Shown here in pieces: positions 27,915-40,025 of a stretch of 64,000 bases of DNA. Both the position numbers and the translations under genes were made by a program. The DNA is from the human T2T-CHM13v2.0 reference genome, Homo sapiens, in assembly GCF_009914755.1 (NCBI RefSeq), contig NC_060929.1. One strand, 5' to 3'. The notes below the pieces were generated by a model. The model saw only the letters and a program-made list of their open reading frames with translations. It was not told the origin of the DNA and did no database searches. The number at the start of each line of letters is the position of its first letter. The first letter of the stretch is position 1.

Positions 27915-28030
27915 GACCTTAGTCCATATCTTTCATTTTTACAGATAAAGGAACTATGACATAACAAAGTTAGATGAATTGCACACAGCTTATTAATGGC
28001 AGAATTGCAACCAGACCCCTACTTACTCTC
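27915..28030 (-). mobile_element. MIR fragment
   Basis: catttttacagataaaggaact...acacagct...ggcaga. Confidence 0.6.
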
Positions 28031-29879
28031 ACTCCATTTTGCTGCTTTCTTCTGACCCACAGATTAATAAATCACCATGATTTACTTAGTTTTTGAAGCA
28101 TATTAACAAGCAAATCTGAACAGTGATAGAATAAAAGCCTAAAATGGTACATTTAATTATAAACCATATGCTGAAGTCCTTCTCTCAATATCCTTCTACT
28201 AGAAACTGATCTTGATACTCAACTCTATTCCAGTGCTTTGGTTTTAAATCACACTGCTGCTTCTGAGAAGCACTCATAGATACTCTAGAATCCTTTCTGC
28301 TTTTGATCTAGTATGGCATCTTATTTTGGCAGTTAAAGAACTTAAAGTGTCCCATGAGAGACTGTTTGCTTTCTTATCTAATCTTTAGTACATCTAGCAG
28401 CAAAACAGGCCATTTCATGGTATTATTCTTCAGGGAGAAGGTTGTTCAAGGATACACAATTCCTGTTGCTTTTATTGTGTGGTCAAATAAATAACTTGAG
28501 GCATCTCCAGCTCCTGACTACGTCATGTATTTGTTAGTTTCTTTTTGCAGCTCCAGTTTGCATCCCTCCTATAGGGATAGGTTCCAACTCAAGATCCGGC
28601 AAATATTTTCTGAATAGGAGTGGCCTTTCTCTGCTTAGGCAACACATAATGAAGCCTCGCAAAAGCGATTTGATGTTGTTTTCTGAATTCTGTGCTACCT
28701 CCTGAGTTGTGAAAGACTTACTTGGCCCGAACCTTTCTCTTGCTTCCTCTTTTCTCATCGCTAACATGACTTGTAAAAGTAACTTTAAAGAAAAGGATCC
28801 TGTTGCCATGCTGTATCCTTGCTGGATCACACACGAGGTGTTTAGATGAAGCTTTATGCCCTACGGGCCTGTCTGCCCTGTACAAACATTACAGTGCCCA
28901 TGAGGCTCTGTAATATTAGAAGGGCTGATACCAATTTTGGAACCTGGTTAAACCCTGGGGGAGATCCAAGACCATGAGTTCTTTTTGGCAGGCCAGGCCA
29001 CCTGCTCACAAACAAGAAACATGCAGGGGGTTTGCAACCAACTATTCAGAAAGAAAATAAAGTTATGGATGCCAGAAGCTTCATAAATTACTACACAATC
29101 TCAGGAAAGGGGGAGTTAAGAGGCTAGGAAGCGGACAACTGCAAGAACACCTGAATCTAATAACATTCTGAAACAGTTTCAACTGGCAGAGAACGTGGGC
29201 ATGGAAAAAGAAGAACAATTCTGTTTGCCTTTGGTCTGCGGATAAATGCTACTTTATGATGCAGCTAATCAGTGTGATCCTGACCTCTCCTGAGTGTAGG
29301 TTATGCTCCTTGACTTCTCCTGCTGACAGGGCACCAGCTGACCCAGGAACTGCTGCGGTCCTGTCTTTGAGCCTTCTTGTCAGCATTTAAAGGTGATTCT
29401 TGGATGCAGCTCCTTGGCAGTTGCTAGGTTGTTATCAATCAGTGGTAAAATGAGAAACCCAATAAGATCTCCATAACATTAAATTTATTCAATTTAAAGG
29501 ACCATCCATTCTTCTAAGAAACTGTTTTTTTCTACTTTTATCTGGTATTATAATGCCCATTTATTTATGAAATGATGAAGAAAGTAGAGAGTAGATGGTA
29601 AAATTTTCATTTAAATGTCCTTTATTGGCAAAATTACGAGTTGGCAAGCCTAAGTTCTTCTTTAATATTAGTTTTCCAGAAAAAAATGAGCCAAGAAATA
29701 GCTGAAATTCATTTTAGCAGATTCAGTTATTCTAGTTCTTCATTGACTAAGGACTTTGGAGATTATGGTTTCTTCTGCAGCAGATGTGGTTTAATCTAAT
29801 AATCTCCAAGGAAGAGAAGTGAATATTGGATCCAATGCTGGATTATATCCTACCTGGATGATTATTGAGATCATGGACA

Positions 29880-31140
29880 TTCCTGTATGTCTGTTTCTCT
29901 CTTCTTGGATGTCCAAATATCTAAAATTAACCATATTTAAAAACTATGCTCAACAGATTTCCCATGTCTATGCTTCAGGTTCACTTTCCTGTCACATTCA
30001 TTAGTGATGGTGCCAGCTTCAGACAGATGCTGAATTCAGCTGAGGGATGCTTCCAGAGTGCTGTGCCTCTTTCTCTTTGCCTTCTCTCTCCCTACTTTGC
30101 TTTCCTCCTCTAACTCCCTCCCCTCTACACCCTATGGCCATTTTTTCTCCTTATATCCTGAGCCTTAATCCTGAGTCTGTGTGCTTAAAGTCCTCTATTG
30201 TGAAAAATCTCAAAGAGATCTGTCTTAACGTACCTCACCATGAACCAACCTACTCCTCATTAAACTTTTCATCCTGTGTTTTATCCCTGAAAGCCCAAAA
30301 TCAGGCTTCCCTATGACAACTAATAACCTAAAGCTTATTAGTGACTGATTATAATTTAATATGTAATAATCATTGGGGATATTTGCATGCAAAGAGATAA
30401 CGGCACCTTAACCTGAAGGAATGATTATAAAAGCACAATTTTGCTGGAGTGGGTTTAAATTTCCTGTGCTTTATTTAAATGTAAGTGGATATGCTACTCT
30501 CATGGTGTCTAGGGTTAGTAATATTGGATGTTTTTTAAAAAAAGTCTTCTTTCACTCTTTTTCAACTACACCAATAATTCCTGCTAATTATTTTCTGTTG
30601 ACATCTTTCTCCATAATGTTCATGTCAGTCTTCAGCTGAAGCACTACAATGACTTTTTAACCAGTTCCTTGTTTATAGTTTAGCATGCTACCCGCTCCTT
30701 ACCCCTAATTCTTCTGGTCCCCAGTTAGCTAACTATTTCTTAATACAACTATTAGAGTGCTTTTTTTTAAGAAAAATATAATTGTGTAGCTATATAACAT
30801 GAAAGCCCTCATTGTTTCCCTGTGGCCTATCATGGTTATCCTCTTGTCTCCACTAGCCTCATGGCCAGAGAGAATTTCAAAATATGCAGGTCATTTAGTA
30901 ATAATCTACATTACTGAGTGTTGTCCCCTATTTCTGGAACACTCTTATTCTCAACCTGTACCCATCCAAGATGCAGTTAAGCATTACTCCTTGCTGTGTT
31001 ATATACACCTTGCAGAACAGAGCAGTCTGCATTGTAATTATAAATTTATCTATCTCCCTCTCTAGGCAGTGATCTCTCTGAGGCTGGGATCTCTCATTAT
31101 GTCCCCTTATATTTGCAGTGTCTCAATCCCTGGCATCAAG
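29880..31140 (+). mobile_element. L2 fragments (discontinuous)
   Basis: ttcttggatgtcc...aaattaaccatat, and 3' end tgaggctgggat...cctggca. Confidence 0.5.
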
Positions 31141-31559
31141 AAGTTTCCGGAGAAGTATGTGTTTAAAATACCCAAGACTTCTCCCCTAGCAACAGAACTT
31201 TCCCAATGTGACTTTCAGTTAAGTAATTTATTAAGACTGTGTATTACATGCTATCTATATTAAAATCTAGGCTTTTAGATACTGGGTGCTGGGTAGAGTC
31301 TTAGAAGAATTACCTCCACTTTTCTCATTTAAATATGGAACCCAGAGCTCTGATGTGCCACTCTTCTTATACACCTGATCCATCTTCCGGGCTTTGTATT
31401 TCTCTTCCCTCACTTTTAAGTCCCCCAAATTAGGAGGTAGTGGAAATGGCAATTAATAACTGATTTTGGATAAGGAGTGTTTCTTGCCCTTCTTCCCTCA
31501 TATAGAATACAGAAGGCATGAGAATAAGATTCTATAGGGTCATAAAAATAATAAAAACT

Positions 31560-31735
31560 GTATTAGAATTTGGAAAAACACTGGAGTTTGCAACCCAGTG
31601 TCTGGTTCCAACCATGTCACTATTTATGTAACAAGTCACTAAATTTCTCTGGGTCTTGGTTCTTTATCCGTTAAATATTAGAATTAGACTATATGATTGC
31701 TGGAAACCTTCTGACTCTAAAATTCTATGATTATA
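31560..31735 (+). mobile_element. MIR/MIR3
   Basis: caagtcactaaatttctctgggtct...ctctaaaattctatgatt. Confidence 0.65.
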
Positions 31736-33413
31736 ACTTCACTTACTCATGTAAATAACATGTTTTTGAATCAGTGAGGCGTAAGTGGAAATGCTACAGA
31801 GATGAATCCAACGATAAGGAGTATTAGAAGACATTTAAAGAAGAGGAAGGGGTCTTAAGATCATGTACTGAACTACTAACATTAAACATGGGAGAAAATG
31901 AAGCTCAGAGAGTCTAATTATCCATCAAAAACATAGGTGTCCCTATTCCGTGTCCAATGACTTTAATGTTTTACTATGCTGTGGTTGATAAACACCCAAT
32001 ACATGATCAAGATAAAAGATACTCAAGATTTATAAAAATGTTAAAAATCACTTAAAGTGAAAAGGTGAGCAAAATACTAACCCTTTATCAGATGACAAGA
32101 AAAGCACTTAAGAAATGACAGTGACAGGAAGGACCTTTTAATCTCTTTTTTCCCTCACAGATGTCAGCCATGATGTCATCATGGATGCAGGCAATGATGT
32201 GATGGGAAGCAGAGAGCCTCTCTAAAGTGGAGATGGATGAAACTGACTGATTCAGCTGGATAAGTTTAATGCATCGGCCTTGATAACTTTCATACTAAAG
32301 AACTTAAATTGACCACAGTCTTTGCTGAGTCACACACAATTATCTTCAAGAACTCACAGAGGACTTAAATGACATAAACTAGAATATATTATGTCTGTTC
32401 TTTCAGAAGAAGATTATGGGCCATCCAGGACATTACTGACTTACCAAAGTGGAGAAATAGGTGAACTCAAATGTTGGCTTTTCAATGCCTAGAAAATAAT
32501 GGGGTTGGAATTGGCTGGACTTGTATGAATGAAATCATAAAATTTGGGGCTGGAAGTGATCTTAGGGATCATGCAATATGTTGCCTTAATTTATACAGAA
32601 GTAAACTGAGCCTTTGAAAAGTCAAATCTTAAATCCTTAGGAGTTTTTTTCCTAACTGAAGTACAGTGTGGCTAGTCTGAACAGCTGAGGTGATGAATAA
32701 AGGCAATTTTTAATGGCTTTCTTTTTGCCTCCTCTAAATGATTTTCTTCTTTTGGGCAGATGTTCCCTATTCCTGGAACATTTGTATCCATGAGGAAAGG
32801 AGGCTATCCCTACTATCCATGTCATAGCTAGGAATTGTAGCATCACACTAATATGAGAAAGAACCTCTTAGTTACAAATTTCAAAGTAATCAGGGTCTTG
32901 ATACCCTTAGACAACTTCTTAAACCTTTAACGCTGAGAGAGCTGAGTAACTGAACAACAGAGCTTGCCCAACATCTGAGAATTTACCTGAAGTGAACATT
33001 GAATATAAAAATATGGCTTTATAAGGAATTTCTGCCAGATTTGAAACAGTCCTTGTTGAATGACAGGGATTTCAAATGATTAAGAGAATGGCACTGAATT
33101 CCCACCTTTGACTTCTACTTGTTTTAGTTGAACTTCTATCAAGCTTTGGAACCCACTTCTCCCAAATTTTTCTGAGGTTCTTGTTGAAAATTATTGACAG
33201 GGCCATGCCTCAGGGAGAAAAATACCCACAAAAAAAACAACAAATCACAGATAAGGTCTGTAGTTTCAATAATCTGTTGCTACCCTGAAGATAGCACTAA
33301 AGTGATTAACCAAGTCTTTCCTCTATGGGCAGCACTTCTTCACCTTTTTGTCTCTCCAAATTTTCTTCCTTCATCAAAACTCTATTGTTCTGAATTTTAT
33401 CTCTTTAGGACCC

Positions 33414-33829
33414 TACTATGGTTTGAATATTTGTCACCTTCACAACTCATGTTGAAATTTAATCCCCAATGTGGCAGTGTTAAAATGTGGGGCCTTTAAG
33501 AGGTGATTGGTCATGTGGGTTCTGCCTTCATGAGTGGATTAAAGGTTTAATTAGTTAATTAATAGGTTATCATGGGAGTGGGACTGCTGGGTTTACAAGA
33601 AGACGAAGACATACCTCAGCTTACACACTCAGCTCCTTCACCCTGTGATGCTCTGCACCATCTTAGGACTTTGCAGAGAGTCCTCACCAGCAAGAAGGCC
33701 CTCACCAGGTGCAGCTCCTTGACCTAAGATTTTTCAGCTTCCATAACTATAAGAAGTAACTTCCTTTTCTTTATAAATTACCTAGTTTTCAGGTATTTTA
33801 TTATAAGCAACAGAAAACAGACTAAGACA
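33414..33829 (+). mobile_element. MSTB-type MaLR solo LTR
   Basis: tactatggtttgaat...aactcatgttgaaatttaatcccc...cagactaagaca; TSD GACCC/GACCT. Confidence 0.9.
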
Positions 33830-34493
33830 GACCTTTCTTAGCAATGTTATATAATAAATGAATTCTGGCTAAGTAAGTTAATTCATATTTATACTATATT
33901 GTATTTAATGTATTTATAAGTACTCTTTAAATACAATTCTTTGGAAGATAATGCCTTAAATTAAGGCTGTTCCTCTCTCTATTTCTGGTAAAACTAGCAC
34001 TGTATTGCTGGCCAGTGGAGGAGATATATATTACTATAGGAGAAAGGCAAGAGATCAGGCAACCCAAGAGGATATGAAAGGTAAACATGGGATGGAGTAA
34101 GTCATGAAAGTGGCTATTTTTTTTCATTGAATAAATACCTATTAATTCTCTGCTGGAATCTAAGACAGTCATGTTTGTAGAAAACAGACATTTTGAGATT
34201 AACTCCTCATATAATTCCTTGTATTTCTGCTTAGAAGACAGCCATTCTTTTTTTCTGAGAGCTCTAAAGCTTAATAGTCTGTTGAAAAATTATATTGTGT
34301 CAAAAATATGTATACTCATATTTTTTACCCATTGCCACTACTTTTATCTTCCATAGTTATTATAGCACCAATTTGCTGTTTCTTGCATATATCATCTATT
34401 CCAGTAGATTTTAGTACATCTTTTGTATTCTCTTACGCCCACTTTCTAGGGGTTTCATATATATTTGATACGTTTTTGTTTTGGAAATGTTTC

Positions 34494-35609
34494 TGGGACA
34501 TAGGCATGGGCAAAGATTTCATGATGAATACACCAAAAGATTTCACAATTCAAACACCAAAAGCAATTGCATCAAAAGAAAAAATTGACAAATGGGATCT
34601 AATTAAACTAAAGAGCTTCTGCAAAGCAAATGAAGCTATCATCAGAGTAAACAGACAACCTACGGAATGGGAGAAAAGTTTTGCAATCTATCCATTTGAC
34701 AAAGATCTAATATCCAGAGTCACCAAGCAACTTAAACAAATTTACAAGAAAAAAACAAACAACCCCGTTAAAAAGTTTGCAAAGGACATGAACAGACACT
34801 TTTCAAAAGAAGGAATTCATGCGGCCAACAAAAATATAGAAAAAGCTCAATATCACTGATCATTAGAGAAATACACATCAAAACCACAATGAGATACCAT
34901 CTCACACCAGTCAGAATGGCAATTATTAAAAAGTTCAGAAACAACAGATGCTGGTGAGGTTGTGGAGAAAAGTGAACACTTTTACACTCTTGGTGGGAAT
35001 GTAAATTAGTCCAGCCATTGTGGAAGACAGCGTGGCAATTCCTCAAAGATCTAGAATCAGTAATACCATTTGACCCAAAAATCCCATTACTGGGTATGTA
35101 CCCTGTGGAATATAGATCATTCTATTATAAAGATACATGCGCTAGTATGTTCATTGCAGTACTATTTACAATAGCAAAGACATGGAATCAACCAAAACAC
35201 CCATCAATGATAAACTGGATAAAGAAAATGTGGTACATATATACTATGGAATACTATGTAGCCATAAAAGGAATGAGATCGTGTTCTTTGCAGGTACATG
35301 GATGGAGCTGGAAGCTGTTATCCTCAGCAAACTAATGCAGGAATAGAAAGCCAAACACCACATGTTCTCAGTTATAAGTGGGAGCCGAACAATGAGAACA
35401 CATGGACACAGGGATAGGAACAACACACACTGGGACTTGTTGTGGGGTCTGGGGGAGGAAGAGCATCAGCAAGAATAACTAATGGATGCTGGGCTTAATA
35501 CCTAGGTGTTTGTGCAGCAAACCACCATGGCACACATTTACCTATGTAATAAACCTGCACATCCTGCACATGTACCCCAGAACTTCAAATAAATGTTGAT
35601 TTAAAAAAA
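34494..35609 (+). mobile_element. 5'-truncated L1PA (about PA12-14)
   Basis: ORF2 C-terminal peptides ([12 protein letters not shown]), 3'UTR gctgggcttaatacctaggtg, short A tail. Confidence 0.92.
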
Positions 35610-36930
35610 GAAAATTTCTTTTTAGGTACATAAATTTTTATGTACACACATAAAATTTCTATTTTATGTATGTTTCTGTATTATGAAAAGCCTTCTTGCT
35701 AATACTAAGCAGCTATACTCTGATAAGAATAAAAAATTATGCAGTATTGCAAAGGGTTTAAATTTTCTGTTGATGTCATATGAATGTAAGAAGATAACTT
35801 TGGAAGTTTTCTGGTAGACATGTTGATTCTTCTAACTCAATTTGTGGAAGTCTTCACTTATATACACCTGCTTAGATAGATTGCCGGAAGACCACAGACA
35901 AGTGATTAAACTTGAGCTGTTTTAGGCACAGCATTGCTATTTCATCTTACTGTAAAAAATAAGGAACATTTCTGAGTCATTGCAGTCTTGGAATGTAATA
36001 CCAAAAAATGAGAACCAGATCAGAAACAGTGAGGCCAAGTACATCATTACTGAGTGAGTAATGTGAACAACTTACATAAACTGTGGCTAAAACTGAGTTT
36101 TTAGCAGATGACCATAACCTTTTGATTGCATCACGAACAGTTAAAAGCTCTTTAATCTGCATGTTGTCCTTCAGGAAAGAAAAACTCATCAATCCAATTC
36201 ATAATCTTTAAGACCTGCATTTTTTTCATTAAGAGTTAACCCTATTTTTCCCCTGATTATTTTTTCCCTGTAGCCAGCAGTGGGTGCAACTTAAGAGAAT
36301 AAGCTGGGGTCCAAGTATGTTTCTTCTATTGACTGTATAGGGAAAGCATGTTATAGGTAATGGAGCCTTCCTTGCTTTATAGCACAGTGGAGTGTCCCAC
36401 TCCAAAACTTTAGCTAATGAAACAGTTCATGTCTTTCTTTTAAAAACCTGTGTTATATACTGAGTTTCTCATCATTTAGGAAATAGGTTTTCATTTGTAT
36501 CAAGATCATTTTTTCTTAATTGGAATGAACCCCACCTACCCTCAATCCTAGTTCCAAAATGCAACTTTTCACCAGGACTCCCTTTTAAATGGAAGCAAAG
36601 GACATCAGTAGTTTCTTCTGGGAAAGAGATGAACATTTTTTTTGATTTTGGTTTAACTATCTAAATAAAATGTTAATATTCAAAGCAACACATTTTTAGA
36701 CATGTATTCAAAACACCTGGCTATGTATCAGATATCAATAATAACTATTCCATAGCTGGGTTGGTTTTAGAATTTGGAAACTTTCTTTTCCTCTATTCAT
36801 ATTTGAATGATATTTTAATTTGGTCTTCTGTACTTGGGAAGAAAACAAGAAATGCAAAAAGGAAAAAACAAATTAAGAGTCTCCAGAGTGTATTTGGTAT
36901 TCTCTAAACATAAATCTTGTTCCAAACACT

Positions 36931-36976
36931 TTCTCTCTCTCCTCTCCCTCCCTCCCTCCCTCCCTCTCTCTCTTTC

Positions 36977-37018
<42 letters not shown>
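36931..37018. repeat. CT-rich tract plus (TG)20 microsatellite
   Basis: Uninterrupted TG run 36979-37018. Confidence 0.97.
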
Positions 37019-37020
<2 letters not shown>

Positions 37021-37054
37021 TTTCTTTCATGTTCCTTTAACTTTCTATACTATA

Positions 37055-37150
37055 GTTGCAGAATCCAAGCTTCTACCCCAGACCAATTAAATCAGAATCT
37101 TGATTTTTAATAAGCTCCCCTGATGGCCCACAACACATAAAATTTAATGA
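37055..37150. mobile_element. MER5 fragment
   Basis: ccccagaccaattaaatcagaatct...tttttaataagctcccc. Confidence 0.65.
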
Positions 37151-37242
37151 ATGGTATCCACTGAATATCTAAAATTATAATCAAGGTCAAATATTTTTAC
37201 CTGGAAACTCTTATTGTCTTACCTCACTTACCCTTCTCTCTC

Positions 37243-37539
37243 TTTTTTTTTTTTTTTTTTGAGATAGAGTTTTGTTCTTGTTGCCCGTGCTGGAGTGCAG
37301 TGGTGTGATCTCGGCTCACTGCACCTCTGCCTCCCGGGTTCAAGCGATTCTCCTGCCTCTGCCTTCTGAGTAGCTGGGATTACAGGTGCCCAACACCACG
37401 CCCAGCAAATTTTTTTGTATTTTTAATAGAGATGGGGTTTTGCCATGTTGGCCAGGATGGTCTTGATCTCCTAACCTCGGGTGATCCGCCTCGGCCTCCC
37501 AAAGTGCTGAGACTATAGGCTGAGCCACTGTGCCCAGCC
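37243..37539 (-). mobile_element. AluS (Sq-like)
   Basis: ttcttgttgccc diagnostic, full dimer with poly-T. Confidence 0.93.
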
Positions 37540-37599
37540 ACCTTTCTTTTTTTTTGCCCACACCTTCCCAGTATTAATTTTTTCCATTCTCAACTCTTG

Positions 37600-40025
37600 A
37601 AAAAAACTCTACGTAATTTTGATATCCATGAACAGAATCTTTTTAATATCCTGGCTTTTCAGCTCTTTGAATTTCTTTCTTTCATTTATTTTATCCTCTT
37701 CTCTTCTCATCATATGGTCTCATGGTTATATCTGAAACCCTGACATTATTAAAAACTGCTAATATAATAATATCAGTTTTGCTCATCCTCCTCATCAGTA
37801 TCATCTACTACTTTGCAATTTCACTCCTTATGGTATTCAATCTTTAATGAATTTTTGATACCACTAAGGACCTACAATCCATTTGATTCTCCTACTATTT
37901 TTATTTTGCATTACTGTTATCACATTTGACTTCTTTACTTATCTGTCCTGAATTCCATGGCCCATAAATAATCACTCAAAGGAATTTTTCCATGGCCCAT
38001 AAATAATCACTCAAAAGAATCTATCTTCAGTATCCTTACATTTTGTCTTGGTTTGGTATACTCATCTCACAAAAGCTCATCAGTATCTAAATTAAACTAT
38101 TTACCTACTTCTTTCAAGCCTCAGCTCAGCTCAATTTGGCTGAGTGTCCCCCACCTCAAAATCATGCTAATGGTCTTACTTTAAATTAGATATCATTGAC
38201 CTCAAATAGGACCTTGGGATTGCCTGACAAATCTACCACATTTTTCTGTCCCTTTACACACTCTTCTCTACTGAAATCTTCAAACAACATCTCCAACATG
38301 TCATCTCTTCCAATGACCATGTATTCCTCTATCCTCAATTTTAGTTGATGACCTTGCTTCTTATTTCACAAATAAAATACAGAAGCATTGAGAAGAGATC
38401 TCTCCCTCATACACTTATATCCATATACCTACATGTGGGTGAATTCTTTCCTATTAACAAATGTGAACTGTCCTTACTGCTAGTAAATTCAACCTTGGGC
38501 AATAGATGCCAATTATAGCCTAACTGAAGACTTAGCTCTGGAAATTCTTGGGTGTCTCTTACATGATTATTTTTTCTCTGTGTATTGAATTCATCAACAT
38601 ATATCGACCATTATAAATTAGCCTCTCGATGCTCATGTCTTGAAAGCTATCATCCTATTTTTATACTATCTTTTACTGTAACTCCTTAAAAGAGTTATCT
38701 ATATTTGTGTTCAACTTTTCTTTTCCTCTTTATTAAATTCACTCCCCTAAGATTTTGCCTCTAGCTCTCCACTAACACTTTTTTTTTTCAAAGTTAACAA
38801 TGGTCTTCATGTTTCTAAGTGTAATAGTCAATATTAGGTTCTCATTTTGCTTGATCTATCGGCAGTATTTGATACAATTGACCTGCTCTTTCTTTATTGA
38901 AACAATTTCTGCACTAGGATTTCAAGATACCACACTCTACTGGCTTCCTTATGTCATTGACCGTTCTACTCAATCTGCCTTACTGGCTTTTCATTGTTTC
39001 CCTGACCTCTTACTATTGTGTGTTCCAGAGCTCAGTACTTGGCCTCATCTTTATTTGTGCTCTTTCCCTTAGTGACAACATTCATTCCTAATTTTCTATC
39101 TACAGCCCTGAACAGTTTCCTGACTTCTAAACTCTTTTATGCAACTGCCTACTCCATATCTCCAGTTGGATGCTGAACATGCATTTTGAACTTAACATGC
39201 CCCAAAATGAACTTCCAATCTTTCTCCTAAAACCTACTTCCACCTACAGTCTTCCACATTTCATTAGATGGCAATTTCATTTGTCCAGTTACTCAAGCCA
39301 AAGACGAAGTCATCTTTGGTTTCTCCACCAAAATAATCCTGTCAGCCCTGTCATCAAAATGTATCCTAAGTCTGACCACTTTTTCACAATTACTTCCTTC
39401 ATCCAAGCCTCCACCATTCCTCATTTGTATTATTGCACAAGTCTTCTGGCTAGTTTATCTACTTACGTCCTTGTCAACTGACCTTCTAGTCCCTTTCTAA
39501 TACAGTTGCCACAGTTATTTTTTAAAATCATGTGAGAACTTACCTCTTAAAACCCTTCGACATGTCCATCACACTCAAAGTAAAAGCTGAACTCATTACA
39601 ATGGTCCTACGTAATCTATACCTTGCTATTTTTTAAGCTTATTTCTACTGTTCCTTCTTTTATGTATTTTAACCTGGCCACAGATGTTTTTGCCTCAGGG
39701 CCTTTATATCTGTGATATCTTCTACCTAAAACATTTTTCTCTCACATTCTCCCAACATTTTGGAAGCCTCTATTCCAAGAATGAATTCTACTCACTGCGG
39801 TTCCAGCCTCCTAATTTATAGTCTCCATGATTTATCTTCAGATATCTATGTCTATATCTAATCTTACTTATTTGTATAAGATCTGTCTCCCCTTGACTGA
39901 ATTCAACTTCCACAAGAGCAAGCATTTGAGAAAATTTTGTTCCATCCTGTATCCTTATGCTTTTCAGTGCCACACACATATTTGTGCTCAATATAAATTT
40001 TCTAACTGACTGCATAAATACACGA
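37600..40025 (+). mobile_element. Long L2 LINE remnant
   Basis: ggcagtatttgatacaattgac, aacttaacatgccccaaaatgaac, 3' end gtgctcaata; left boundary approximate. Confidence 0.75.

Noticed and set aside
28534-28830. 98-aa minus-strand ORF in unique DNA
   Set aside because: GTG start, no recognisable homology, length compatible with chance
34308-34859. 183-aa ORF with hydrophobic N-terminus
   Set aside because: T-rich flank fortuitously in frame with an L1 ORF2 fragment
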